DNA of 64,000 nucleotides. Source: Thecamonas trahens ATCC 50062 (lineage: Eukaryota; Protista; Apusomonadida). Every line of letters begins with the position of its first letter. Position 1 is the first letter of the stretch. Under the pieces are notes generated by a model. The model made no database searches and was not told the origin of the DNA. It worked only from the letters and a program-made list of their open reading frames with translations. Below are positions 11,097 through 22,029 of this stretch, one piece after another. The stretch lies in contig NW_013657677.1 in assembly GCF_000142905.1 (NCBI RefSeq), positions 372,001-436,000 on the forward strand, written 5' to 3'. The position numbers were made by a program, and so were the translations under genes.

Positions 11097-12389
11097 TTAA
11101 TCAAGCAAACTGGGCAGGCGGAGCGAGGCCCGAATGAGCGCAAGGTACATCTTGGCGGCAATAGGGATGATGCCGTCGTTAAAGTCATAGCCGTCGTTGT
11201 GGCACATGACAGGATCGCCGTTGTCTGGCGCACCGCCGAGGAAGAAGAAGCAGCCCGGGCGGGCCTCCAGAAAGTAGGAAAAGTCCTCAGCAGCGAGCAT
11301 CGGCAGGCCGTCGGACGAGACCGCGTCGGCACCGAGGAGTGACTGGCCGAGCGAGCGCACAATCTGCGTCTGCTCCGCGTGGTTGACCACGGCGGGGTAG
11401 AGCGATCGAATCTCGAGCTCCGCCCTGGCTCCGTACGCCGCCGCCGTGTTGTGGACAACTTCGTGGATGCGCTTGGTGAGGAGCGCAAAGACCTCGGGAT
11501 CGAGGTCGCGAATCGTCGCCTTGATATCGCAGTGGGGCGGAAGGACGTTGTACGCTGTGCCGGCGTGGATGGAGCAGACCGAGATGACTGCTGTGTCCGA
11601 GTACTTGACGTTGCGCGAGACGATCGAGTGCAGGCCGTCGACAATCTTGCAAGCCACATGAATGGCGTCGACAGCAGCGTGCGGCTGCGAGCCGTGCCCA
11701 CCCGAACCAAAGATGCGGCAGTCGAGCTCCGAGACGTGGCCCATGGTCGGGCCCTCGATGACCTGCATGGTGCCGACCGGTCCCGAAGGCCAGTTGTGGA
11801 AGCCGTACACCTCGTCCACGCCCTCCATGCATCCAAACTCCACCATCGGCAGCGCCCCGCCCGGCCGCTCCTCCGCCGCCTGCAGCAAGAGCCGGACCGT
11901 GTAGTTGGATGGGATCCGTGCCCGGAGCCCGTTGCTCTCGTCGAGCAGAACAAGCGCCGCCGCCATGAGGCTTGCCATGTGGCCGTCGTGCCCGCACGCG
12001 TGCATCACTCCGTCGTGCGTCGACCGGTACGGCAGCTCCTCCGCACTCGCCGCCTCCTCCATCGGCAGGCCGTCCAGATCCGTCCGCAGCGCCACGCACC
12101 GCGGGCCGTCGGCCGCCGCCGGCCCGGTCCCCACAATGTCCACCACCTTGCACGTCTGCGCCATGTCGGTGATGGCTTCGGCTGGCACACCAGCCTCCGT
12201 CAGCACTTCAACCAGTTTGGCGCCCGTCACATGCTCTGCAAAGCCCAGCTCGGGATGGGCATGCAGAAAGTGCCGCAGCTCCACAGCCTTGGCCGCCACT
12301 CCCGAGCCCACCACCAACTCCTCCAGGCGGGCCTTGTGGTCCTCGCTCAGCTCAAAGAGCCCACCTGTTGCGTCCGTAGTGCTTGCCAT
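11097..12389 (-). CDS. M20D family amidohydrolase (hippurate/IAA-amino acid hydrolase-like)
   Basis: Motifs LHAHPELGFAE, LRTDLDGLP, MHACGHDGH, QAAEE, GGHGSQPH and AEDFSYF. Confidence 0.9.
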   Translation of the reverse strand: MASTTDATGGLFELSEDHKARLEELVVGSGVAAKAVELRHFLHAHPELGFAEHVTGAKLVEVLTEAGVPAEAITDMAQTCKVVDIVGTGPAAADGPRCVALRTDLDGLPMEEAASAEELPYRSTHDGVMHACGHDGHMASLMAAALVLLDESNGLRARIPSNYTVRLLLQAAEERPGGALPMVEFGCMEGVDEVYGFHNWPSGPVGTMQVIEGPTMGHVSELDCRIFGSGGHGSQPHAAVDAIHVACKIVDGLHSIVSRNVKYSDTAVISVCSIHAGTAYNVLPPHCDIKATIRDLDPEVFALLTKRIHEVVHNTAAAYGARAELEIRSLYPAVVNHAEQTQIVRSLGQSLLGADAVSSDGLPMLAAEDFSYFLEARPGCFFFLGGAPDNGDPVMCHNDGYDFNDGIIPIAAKMYLALIRASLRLPSLLD

Positions 12390-12763
12390 GATCAAAATCG
12401 AAGTAAAGCGCAAGCAGAGTGAGCTGTGTAAGCAGCCGCCACACCTTATCCTCGTCGCGGCCGCTGCCCCCGTTCGGCACATGTGGTAGTCCGATGCAGT
12501 CGTGCCCGTCACCACCAGTCATCATCACCAGACTTCGTTCTCTCGCAAATGCACGCTCATTTTCGCCCGAAACCACCGCCTCAGAATTTGGGGCATCAAG
12601 GTTAACGATTGAGGTTGTTGTTGGTTGGTTGTTGGTGGTGGGGCGGGGGGAGGGGGGGGAGGGGGGGGCGCACTCGATTCGGCCGGGAAGGAGTCGACCG
12701 GGAGAAGGGGTCGGGGGTGAGGGAAGGCTTGGGAACAAGCCACACTTTGCTCAGCACTTTCTC

Positions 12764-12829
12764 ATGTTCCGGTTCAAGTACGTGTGAGGAGCTAGAGCAG
12801 TTGTGGGTGCGCGCATGCACGTGTGTGTA

Positions 12830-12866
<37 letters not shown>

Positions 12867-14018
12867 GTGTGTGTGTGAGGGGGGAGTATGGTGGTTTGCG
12901 GGTGCCGTGGTGGGCCTGCTTGGAATGTGCCTCCCCCGTGGCGGGCGGACGGAACGCAAAAAAGGCGACCGACCAGCAACGGGCGGGCTTGGCATGGGGG
13001 GGGGGGGGGTTGTTTGGGCTGGTGTGGGGACAGGCAATGGCGGTGAAGGGGAGGGTACCGGGCATGGGGAAAGGGGGGCTGCTGCGTGGGGGTTGTGGTG
13101 CAAGTCGAGCGGCGGTGGCGGCATGAGTGGAGGACTCACGGCGAGCGTGTATGCGGCGACGGCAGGCGCGACAAGAACAAGACCTTCCGTCCCAAGAAGG
13201 GCTTTGGTGCCGGTACCAAGCTCAACGACCTCCACAAGTATGCCAAGGCCACGCTGGGCTCGGGTAACCTCCGCGAGGCTGTGGTCCTTCCAGAGGGCGA
13301 GGACGTCAACGAGTGGCTGGCCGTCAACAGTACGTCATATCCTCCTGCCCTTGCGCCCTTCCTCCCTCCTTTTCCCCCACCACTAACTCATACCCCCCGA
13401 AACAGCCGTCGACTTCTTCAACCAGGTCAACCTGCTCTTCTCGTCGGTCATGGAGTTTTGCACTGACGAGTCGTGCCCGGTCATGAACGCCGGCCCCAAG
13501 TACGAGTACATGTGGGCCGACGGCAAGACGGTGAAGAAGCCCATCAAGGTCTCGGCCCCGCTCTACGTCGACTACCTGCTCTCGTGGGTCCAGGACGTTC
13601 TTGACGACGACTCGATCTTCCCGTCGCGCGTCGACGTCCCGTTCCCCAAGAACTTTACCAACGTCGTCAAGACCATCTTCAAGCGCCTCTTCCGCGTCTA
13701 CGCACACATCTACTACAACCACTTTGATCGCATCGTGGCGCTCGGCGAGGAGGCCCACATCAACAGTACGTCGTCACTGCCTTGGTGGCTTTGCTCGCTC
13801 CCCTTGCTCATCCCCCCTCACTCACCTGTCTGCTCCCCTGCTCCCCTCGCTCTCCAGCCTGCTTCAAGCACTTTTACTACTTTATCGACGAGTTCTCGCT
13901 CGTCTCGTCGCGCGAGCTCGCGCCGCTCCAAGAACTCATCGACTCGCTCGTTTCGCGCGACGAGGCCAAGCTTGGCGATGACGATGATGCCACTGCGTCG
14001 ACCACGACTACCTCGTAG
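12764..14018 (+). CDS. MOB1: MOB kinase activator 1 (4 exons)
   Basis: Exons 12764-12777, 13166-13329, 13406-13765 and 13858-14018, all with GTACGT..AG introns. Protein reads MFRFKRDKNKTFRPKK...[34 protein letters not shown]...CPVMNAGPKYEY...KRLFRVYAHIY...NTCFKHF. Confidence 0.95.
12820..12876. repeat. (TG)n microsatellite in MOB1 intron 1
   Basis: Long TG run inside the G-rich intron 12778-13165. Confidence 0.9.
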
Positions 14019-14426
14019 GCTTGCCTCGTCAAGAGGAACTGAGCTCCCCACCTTGCACATTCGCCGAGCCTGCGCCTCGCGCTTGTTGCCGTCGCCCACC
14101 GTCATCCGCCTAACGACCTCCTGCGCCGCCCTTTCTCGACCTCTCCGTATCCCACCCGCTCCTTCCTCCCTCTCTCCCCTCTCCACCCCTTGCCATAGCC
14201 ACCCCGCCCCCTTACATGGTCCCTCCTTGCCCACCATTCGCCATGTCGCCTGCTCCTCCCACCATCAAAGCCGCGCGAATCTGGTCCCCATACCCTCGTC
14301 GATTCCGGCAATATGGCTGACACACGGACGCCTAACTCGGTGGTCACAGACGAACGCACACACAGACTTTCTCTCTCTCTCTCTCCGTACCACCACTTCT
14401 CGCCCCCTTGTAACCGGTCCTTCGGT

Positions 14427-14954
14427 ATGCTCCCACCACTGTCACAACCGGCCTGGGAGCCCATAGGGTCCGCCGTAGGCGGTGCCGACGCCACCGGGAC
14501 TGGTGGTCCGGCTAACCAGCGCAGCCCCGCCAACTCGTCCGACCTCTCGTACTCACAGCAACCGCTGTCATCCGAGAGCCACTCCGAGCTTGAGACAGAG
14601 AGTGGCTCGTCCTCACCGACTCATGCCAGTGAGTCGCCACTTGCCTCGTCGTCGTCACCCGAGTGGACAGGAGGCAGCGAGGCCTGGGGCTCCGGCGGGC
14701 GGCGGACGGTTGTGCCGCAGTTGGCAGCCATTGCGCCAGCTGGAGCGGTGGCGAGGCCGCCGCGGCGCATGTCGATGTGGGCACTCAACCCGCCCGATGG
14801 CTATGACCCGGACATGCCACGTACTCACTCGGCGATCATCCGCGAGCGCAACCAGCGGCTGCCCAAGCCAACGGCCCTGTTTTATGCCGTGCTGACGCTG
14901 ACGGGGTGCGCGTGTCTCGCCCTTGTCGTCGTCGGCCTCGTTGTTGCGGCGTAA
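14427..14954 (+). CDS. Small hypothetical protein with C-terminal TM helix (tail-anchored-like)
   Basis: Ser-rich ORF ending in ALFYAVLTLTGCACLALVVVGLVVAA-stop. The start is uncertain (alternative ATG at 14313). Confidence 0.5.
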   Translation: MLPPLSQPAWEPIGSAVGGADATGTGGPANQRSPANSSDLSYSQQPLSSESHSELETESGSSSPTHASESPLASSSSPEWTGGSEAWGSGGRRTVVPQLAAIAPAGAVARPPRRMSMWALNPPDGYDPDMPRTHSAIIRERNQRLPKPTALFYAVLTLTGCACLALVVVGLVVAA

Positions 14955-14970
14955 GCGCGCTAGCATGCAA

Positions 14971-16332
14971 CTATGCGCTGTCGTCAGCCGGAACCACGGC
15001 GGGCCCAGCGAGCGACGTGGCGTTGTCGAGGCGCGGATGCGCGCGCTCAAAGTACGCCGGGGTAATGCCGCGGGCCGCGCACGATTCGACGGTGGCCTTG
15101 ATGAGGTGGATGGCAGCGACAACATCACCAGTGTGTCCAGACTCGGAAACGGTGTGCATGGAGCGAATGGGGAAGCCAATCGAGGTGACGGCGGCGTCGA
15201 CGCCGCCGAGCACGCCGGCCATGGCATCTGTTCCGGTGTCGACACCACACATATCGCGCTGGACTGGGATGCTCCCCTGGGCGTAGTCCGCCGCCGCGGC
15301 CATGATGAGCGAGTTGAGCGACTCAGAGGTGACCGAACCACTTGCCAACGTCGCGCCCTTGCCCATAGTCAGCGGCGGGTACCGCTTGTCGGCCACACCC
15401 GGCGCGCCGTTAAAGTCGTGGTTGACGTCTGTGGCGAGAATGACGTCGGGCTGCTCGCGCGCTGCGAGCACCCGCGAGCCGAACCGACCGATCTCCTCGT
15501 AGGCGGCAAAGGTAAAGAGGAGGCGGACCGAGTCGAGGGCGTCCGGCTGGGCAGCGAGCAGCTTGGCCAGCTGCGCCGTGACAAAGCAGCCGAGGCCGTT
15601 GTCGAGGTACGCGCCGCTGAAGGTGTTGGGCCACACTCCGCGCTCAATCGGGCGGTCGAGCAGGAGCGGGTCGCCGACGCGGATGCCCATGTCTTCCACC
15701 TGCTCCTTGCCCTTGGGCCCGTGGACGCCGAGCTCGAGGTAGAGCGAGTCGCCGGACACACCCTTCTCGCCGCTCCGCACCGCCGCCGATGCAAAGTGGA
15801 TGGCACCGAGCGCCTCGATCGTCCCGCCCGAGACCGCGCGGTACGCGCCCGGCGACGCTGCGTCTTCGGAGAAGAGCGTCACCTTGTTGCCGAGCAGGGT
15901 GGCGGGGAGGAACGAGTCCGAGTTGATGTAGATCTTGCCGTCGGGCGCAATCGACCGGACCTGCATCCGGATCTTGTCTGCATGGCCCACCACCATCACG
16001 GTCAGCTTGTCGTCGGGGTTACCCGGGTCGGTGTCGACCACCAGCGATGCCGATCCCTTGTACCGCTTAAAGGCCCAGCCAGCCGGCGCCACAGCCTCCA
16101 GTGCCGGCGCAAGCACACCCTCGGTCATCGCCGCCTCCAGCCCGACCGGCGACGGCGCCGACAGGATCTCCCGCATAAAGGCAAAGTCCTCATCGCTCAT
16201 AGTCTCCTCCCAGGGTGCGACCTTGTCCGTCGCGCCCGTCGCCAGCCCGCGCCAGCCCGCGCCAAGGCCGGCCCCCGCGACCGTCGCCGTCCGCGTCGCC
16301 GCCCGCACCGCCTGCATGCTCCGTCCAAACAT
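14971..16332 (-). CDS. M42 family (TET/glutamyl aminopeptidase-like) metallopeptidase with predicted mitochondrial presequence
   Basis: Metal-ligand motifs GHADK, LDNGLG, YEEIG, TDVNH and RSMHT, plus GTDA. The N-terminus MFGRSMQAVRAATR...WRGLAT is Arg/Ala-rich and free of acidic residues. Confidence 0.85.
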   Translation of the reverse strand: MFGRSMQAVRAATRTATVAGAGLGAGWRGLATGATDKVAPWEETMSDEDFAFMREILSAPSPVGLEAAMTEGVLAPALEAVAPAGWAFKRYKGSASLVVDTDPGNPDDKLTVMVVGHADKIRMQVRSIAPDGKIYINSDSFLPATLLGNKVTLFSEDAASPGAYRAVSGGTIEALGAIHFASAAVRSGEKGVSGDSLYLELGVHGPKGKEQVEDMGIRVGDPLLLDRPIERGVWPNTFSGAYLDNGLGCFVTAQLAKLLAAQPDALDSVRLLFTFAAYEEIGRFGSRVLAAREQPDVILATDVNHDFNGAPGVADKRYPPLTMGKGATLASGSVTSESLNSLIMAAAADYAQGSIPVQRDMCGVDTGTDAMAGVLGGVDAAVTSIGFPIRSMHTVSESGHTGDVVAAIHLIKATVESCAARGITPAYFERAHPRLDNATSLAGPAVVPADDSA

Positions 16333-16622
16333 GCTACTCAAGTGTTCGAGGGATAAAGAGAGAGAGAGAGAGAGAAGTATGTGCCGGTGGGTGGTGGTGG
16401 TGGTGGTGGTGGTGGCGGTGGTAGCGTCGGTTGGGAGCCATGGCTCGGCTTCGGCGTTTGTAGCTGGCACTTGCCGCCGTCCTCTTCCACTTGATCCGGC
16501 CGCCACTCGCTGTCGCCCGTGTCGCGTTGCGGTGGAGAGCAGCGGCGACGACGACGACCACCTGCTCACCACCCGTTGCCGCCGCCGTCACCACCACCAG
16601 ACTACACCCTGCCGCCCACAAC

Positions 16623-17747
16623 ATGCTGCCGTCGCTTGTCTCGGGTGCATATGAAGACTCGGAGTCGTACTCGGACTCGGACGAGGAGGTCGACGCGTGC
16701 GGACAGGCGGAGGTCGTCGAGCCGTCGCCGGTCGCATCCGGCGGACGCTCTGGTGTCTCGCCCGCACAGGCGGCGCAGGGAAGCAAGCCGCGACTCTTTG
16801 CCGTCTCGTCCACCACATCTGTCGCGTCGTCGACCGATGAGGCCAGCCGCAAGCGCAAGCGGGTCATCACCCTCGCTCTGCCTGATCCGGTGACGGGCGA
16901 CGATCCAGAGCAGCCGGGCGTGGGGCCTGTCGCCCCGCCACCGGCCAAGAAGACGCGCCCGCTGTCGGGTCTAGCTGCACTGCTGCCGCCTCCGACACGG
17001 GCGACACCTGTTCTGCCAAAGCCGTCGTCGGTCGTGACGCAGCAGGCGCCATCGCCTTCAACAGCGCGCCCCAAGCGGACCCAGGCCCCTCTCCCGCTGC
17101 TCCCGCACCAGATGACCGCTGCCGGCCGTGCGAATGCCGCACGCGTCGATGCAGCCATCCGCGCCGAGACCCGCGGAGCAGCAGCTGCCGAGCTGTCACA
17201 GCAACCGCCATCAGACGCAGCTGCCGCCACCGCCGCCGCCATCGCTGCAGCCCGCGCCCGCCGCTCCGGTAAGAGCGTACCATCCGCACCTGCAACATCG
17301 GCAGCGCCTGCGCCTACGCCACCCAAATCCATCGCCGCTCCAGCGGCGTCCCCATTTGCACCGCGCCGCCGCAAAGCGTCGCCGTATGTCCCGCCCAGCG
17401 ACTTTTTCAACCTCGAGGCACCGGCACCCGTGCCCGCACCAGCACCAGCACCCGCATCCGTGCCAGCACTTGCAGCGCCGACATCAACGTCTACTGCCGG
17501 CAACGGCCTCGCTGGAGTCACCTTTGTCGAGGTGGCCCAGGCTGATCTCCTCGACACCTCGGGCTATCAGCCGCAGATCGACGCGCTCCGCTCGTTGCAG
17601 AAGCGGATGGCGGCGGCCAACGCGGCAGCATCAGAAGTCTCGAACGAAGCCAAGTCGAAGAACCACATTTCGCACATGGTGGTACAGGCCGAGGCCACCC
17701 GCCTCCGCAACATGCACCGTCAGGCCATGGACGCTGTCCGGCGGTAG
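16623..17747 (+). CDS. PRCC: Proline-rich protein PRCC-like
   Basis: N-terminal SLVSGAYEDSES and internal SGLAALLPPP. The C-terminal EAKSKNHISHMVVQAE resembles the PRCC K-x-K-H-Q-I-T-x-L motif. Confidence 0.6.
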   Translation: MLPSLVSGAYEDSESYSDSDEEVDACGQAEVVEPSPVASGGRSGVSPAQAAQGSKPRLFAVSSTTSVASSTDEASRKRKRVITLALPDPVTGDDPEQPGVGPVAPPPAKKTRPLSGLAALLPPPTRATPVLPKPSSVVTQQAPSPSTARPKRTQAPLPLLPHQMTAAGRANAARVDAAIRAETRGAAAAELSQQPPSDAAAATAAAIAAARARRSGKSVPSAPATSAAPAPTPPKSIAAPAASPFAPRRRKASPYVPPSDFFNLEAPAPVPAPAPAPASVPALAAPTSTSTAGNGLAGVTFVEVAQADLLDTSGYQPQIDALRSLQKRMAAANAAASEVSNEAKSKNHISHMVVQAEATRLRNMHRQAMDAVRR

Positions 17748-18004
17748 CCTGTGCTGCCGTGACCCTCCCCCCCCCTCTGCAAAAAAAAGCATCGGCTGGC
17801 CCACAATAAAAACCTGCGCAGGCCGGAACGACTGCACCTCCCCCCGGCAGGGCAGCCACCAGTGTCCGGAGGGGCGTGGGCACGTAGCGCACAGCTCTCT
17901 CTCTATCTCTCACCCCCCCCCTCCCACACTCTCCCGGCGTTTACCTCGGCGCGAGCGCACAAACACGCATTCGCACCTGCTGCCTTTGCGTCGCTGTACC
18001 CGCC

Positions 18005-20193
18005 ATGGTTGCCCTCCGTCCCGCTGCCTGGCTTGTCGTTGTCGTCGTCGTCGCCGCCGTCGCTACCACCGCCACCGCACAGGGACCTTCGCCTCCACCG
18101 CCACCGTCTCCCCCGCCACCACCACCACCATCGCCTCCGCCGCCACCGTCGCCGCCTCCGCCGCCTCCGTCGCCGCCTCCGCCGCCACCGTCGCCGCCGC
18201 CGCCTCCGTCGCCGCCTCCGCCGCCACCGTCGCCTCCGCCGCCTCCGTCGCCGCCGCCGCCACCACCGTCGCCGCCGCCGCCACCGTCGCCTCCTCCTCC
18301 GCCGCCGTCACCGCCGCCGCCGCCGCCGTCACCCCCGCCGCCGCCGCCTTCACCGCCGCCGCCGCCGCCGCCGTCACCCCCACCGCCGCCGCCACCATCG
18401 CCGCCGCCGCCGCCGCCGCCGTCACCTCCGCCGCCACCACCGTCGCCACCACCACCACCGCCCGCCTGCATGCCTGCGTGCCCAGTTGGGCGTGCTGACT
18501 GTGTCAACGGACAGTGTGTGTGTCGTGCCGGGTACGACGGTCCGTTCTGCTACGCCATCATTCCGTCGCAGGTCATCAACGGCGGCAAAGCGAACCAGCC
18601 CGGGACCCAAGCTGGGCTGATCACCATCTGCGTGCTCATGCTTGTGGCGCTCTTGGCATACTTTGGTTTTCTTGCTTGGCGCCGCGGGACCGGTCGTGAT
18701 CCAGACGACTTTCTGGCGTCAGGCCCAACGGCGCACCGGGAGCATCGGCCGGTCTGGATGGCTCGAGCCCCATGCACACGTACCCGTCTACTGACGCATC
18801 TAACGCCAAGCCAGCAGACACATCGCTGCAGCCCGCTTCAGCGGGGGTCGGCACCGCATCATTGCCGCCATCTGCTGCCGAGCCGGCCGTCCTCACCGAC
18901 GAACCCGAGAGCGCTCCAACGGCCGTCGACTCGCTCGGTGTCAACGATGCCGGTGACTCGGGCGGGCCAGGCCCAGACTCACTCGGCGTCGGACCGGCGG
19001 CTGGTCTGGGCTCGCACTCGGACTCAGGCCCGCCGCCTGCTGCCGCTAGGTCAGTCGCTGCGGGAGGCACCGTTGCAGGAGGCATGGCTATCACCACCGG
19101 CGCCGCTGCAAGCTCCAGCTCTGCCACGGGTATGGCGACGACTGCCTCTGTAGCCGAGACGGCTGCGGCTTCAGCCGCAGGCACTGTACCGGCCAGCGCG
19201 TCACCGGACGACCCTACGCCTGAGCAGCTGCAGCTGCTTGAGAGCACGCTTCTGGAGCGCGACCTCGCGCTGGTGTTTGCGATGGACGAGTGCGTGGCGA
19301 GCCGACCGGCCAAGTTTGCCATCAAGCTGGCCAAGGCCATGGTGTGCGTGTTTGAGGAGCAGGGCTCGTGCATGCGGCTCGTCCGCAAGACCATCCAATT
19401 CGAGGTCAACAAGACGTCGTCGTCGGCGTCGCTCTCGTCGGCCGTCTTCCTTGACGACCTACTCACGACCGAGATTGTCGTGGCGCATGCGAACCACATG
19501 GCACACATGGCGCTTGCCGACTGGCTGGCGTCGTTTGCCGAGCAGCTGGCCGAGGCTGGACCCATCGAGCTCGACCCGGCCAAGGTGAGCAAGGCTGAGG
19601 CCGCAACGGCGGCAACCAAGGCCATGGAGCTCGCCATGGCCTTCATCCAGTCGGCCACGCAGGTGGCAGCCGAATGGTCACCCTCTCTCCGCCACGTCTT
19701 CAAGTTTGTCCACTCGGCCGTTGGCCCGGCCAATCGGGCCGAGGAAGTCGGCCGCATAGTCTTTGACCGCGTGCTCTTTGTCAACCTCCTCAACACCGAG
19801 CGAGTCAAAAGCAACAAGATGCTCAAGAACTCCGTCAAAGTTCTTGCCAAGGTCGTCAAGACAACCTACCGCCACAAGCCGCTCTCGTACCCTTCCCCCG
19901 CCTCGGTGGCCAAGGCTGTGGCGACATGGGCCGACAACACTCGCCCAGCCACCGAAGCCTTCCTTGCCCTTCTCGTCGACGTGTCAGACGACTCGATCGT
20001 CGAGGTCGTGCGCCAGGTCGACGACGAGCGCAAGCGCCTCCACCTCATCAACGCCTACCGCATCCTCGCCGACATGCAGCCTGACATGACCGGCAAGTAC
20101 TCGGACGACTTCCGCGGCAAGTTCAACCTTCGCGAGTTTAACCGTCACGCACAGCTGTTGCTCAAGGTCAAGAAGATCATGGGCCAAGAATGA
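18005..20193 (+). CDS. Type I membrane protein: signal peptide, (SerPro5-7)n, EGF-like domain, TM helix, RasGAP-like cytoplasmic domain (one frameshift)
   Basis: Signal peptide, about 18 SP repeats, EGF CMPAC..CVNGQCVCRAGYDGPFC and TM LITICVLMLVALLAYFGFLAW. Adding one C at 18724-18726 joins ORF 18772-20193, which has RasGAP-like IELDPAK, SPSLRHVF, IVFDRV and VKVLAKV. Confidence 0.7.
18089..18463 (+). repeat. Extensin-like Ser-Pro5-7 coding repeat
   Basis: TCN followed by (CCN)5-7, about 18 units. Confidence 0.95.
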
Positions 20194-20236
20194 ACATAAG
20201 AGGAAGCTATGCCTGGAGCAGCTAGCGGGTACAGGC

Positions 20237-21751
20237 TCAGATCTGCGTGTTCCATCGGTTCGGATCGCGGTGTCGCCGCTTGTCAACCGCAGCTTTGGAC
20301 TTATGAAGAGCGAGCATGGCGTCACGCGACCGCGACTTGGCCAGCGCCTCCTTTCGCCACGTCTGGCTTTGCGGGACGAGAGGGAGGAGATTTGTCCGCT
20401 TTCGCCGGCGCTTTCTCCTGCGGCCACTCTTAGCTGGACTCTCATCATCGGCACGCCCGCGCTTGCGAGCCGTAGCCTCTCGACTCGGACTTTCCGCAGA
20501 AGGCTGCGACGGTGGCGGCGGCTGCGGTAGCGCTACCTCTTCAAATGACGGCTCTTGGCTCTGGTCAAGATCTGGCAGTACTTGCTCGGCTCGATCCAGC
20601 GCCGCTGCCATGGCAGCCTTGGTCTCCAGTAGCCGAGCCATGAATCGCGACTGCAGTGTCCGCTCATAGCCGCCAACAGGAAGCTGGACCTTGCCCACCA
20701 CCGAAATCCAGCGGCTAACTTCGAGCTGCGACGTCGTGCGCAGATCCAGTGCAGCATCGCGGACTGCGGTGCAAAGATGGGCCAACGCTGCCCGTTCGGT
20801 CGTAGACGCTGCAGATGAGCATGATACCGTGGCAGATGGCCCGTCTTCCATGTCGTCAGCGTCTTCGTCGTCCGACCCGTACTCGTACTCGTACTCACCG
20901 TCGCTACCGGCGCCGGCCTGATCCGCAAAGTACCGCTGCTCGAGAAGAGCCGGATCGAGCCGAGACTCGGACTCGCGGTCCAAGAGTTCCACGTTCGAGA
21001 CGTCGGTTCGACTCTTGCGCTCGTTGACAACCTGCCTCGCCTGCTGCGCAGTTTCCAACAGGGTTGTGGCGTTGGCGAGAACTTCGACCGACGACGCAGC
21101 AGCGTCAAAAACGGCATCGGCACGCTCCACAAGTTCGTCAAACTTGGCCCGGAGCAGCACCTGTGTTCGCTGGATTCGAACTGAGCGGTCGTCGGCGGAG
21201 ACCGGAAGTGCACCACGCGGGAGGCCTGTTCGCGATGGCGGGCGTGCGAGGCGTGGGCGCGGCGCGGAACGGGCGGCCTCGGCAGCGCGCCGGATCTGGG
21301 ATGGAAGCTGCAGGCGCAGACGGCTATTGATGTAGTGGATGGCCAAGTCCAGGTGTTGTGCCACGTCGGGCACCTTGGCGTGCCAGCGATCGATAGCGGC
21401 CAGCGCGGCGGCGCGAAGCTGCGGCGCAACCGCAGCAGGCTTGGGGAGCGGCTCGGCCGGCGAGCCGACGACGAGCGCCACAAACGCGTTGAGCTCGCGA
21501 ATGACGGCCTTGCGGAAGGCTTTGGAAGCGGTGAACAGCGCATCGGTCAGGGCAACCATCGAGAGCCGGACCTGCGCATGCTTCCGCGGCAGCTCCTTCC
21601 ACATTGCCTCGAACACCGTCGCGCCGACGCCGCTCACAGTCTTGCCTAGCGCCCGCAACTCGGCAAGGACTTTGGGCTCGACCACGGGCCGACCCGAGTT
21701 GGCCACGCCCTTGACCAGGTCATGGATGCGGTGCCGTGTCGCTACGTCCAT
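20237..21751 (-). CDS. UVSSA: UV-stimulated scaffold protein A homolog
   Basis: VHS-like N-terminus (NSGRPVVEPK..HAQVRLS..LFTASKAFR..PLPKP..LRAAALAAIDRW) and C-terminal ..DKRRHRDPNRWN match UVSSA patterns. Confidence 0.8.
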   Translation of the reverse strand: MDVATRHRIHDLVKGVANSGRPVVEPKVLAELRALGKTVSGVGATVFEAMWKELPRKHAQVRLSMVALTDALFTASKAFRKAVIRELNAFVALVVGSPAEPLPKPAAVAPQLRAAALAAIDRWHAKVPDVAQHLDLAIHYINSRLRLQLPSQIRRAAEAARSAPRPRLARPPSRTGLPRGALPVSADDRSVRIQRTQVLLRAKFDELVERADAVFDAAASSVEVLANATTLLETAQQARQVVNERKSRTDVSNVELLDRESESRLDPALLEQRYFADQAGAGSDGEYEYEYGSDDEDADDMEDGPSATVSCSSAASTTERAALAHLCTAVRDAALDLRTTSQLEVSRWISVVGKVQLPVGGYERTLQSRFMARLLETKAAMAAALDRAEQVLPDLDQSQEPSFEEVALPQPPPPSQPSAESPSREATARKRGRADDESPAKSGRRRKRRRKRTNLLPLVPQSQTWRKEALAKSRSRDAMLALHKSKAAVDKRRHRDPNRWNTQI

Positions 21752-22029
21752 TTGCCACAGGGGTGGACGCAAGCCAGGTGTCTGCGTCTGCGACGCTGGA
21801 CAAGCCGCAGGCAAGTCGCATTGGCCCGTGTTGCTGATGGGGGGACATTCCGTGAGATTTTGTGTCAAATATTTGCTGACACCCAAATGTTCACCGTGAC
21901 ACATGGGGTTCCTGCTTCCAGCCCTTCACCAAACATGACTGCTCCTTCTGCTGAGACGTCACACAACACACCACCGCACTCACTGTCCCTCTGGCCACAC
22001 GCTCCACAGACGGCGGTCAGGTCTGCAGC

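Noticed and set aside
6770-11953. 1727-aa ORF taken as a single protein
   Set aside because: Its first ~350 codons are an alternative frame of the amidohydrolase plus intergenic sequence. The real start is more likely 10912.
14923-16356. Long antisense or alternative-frame ORFs (e.g. 14923-16356 +, 26049-27905 -, 44854-46047 +, 17941-18507 -)
   Set aside because: These are shadow ORFs expected from high GC and codon bias, lying opposite well-supported genes.
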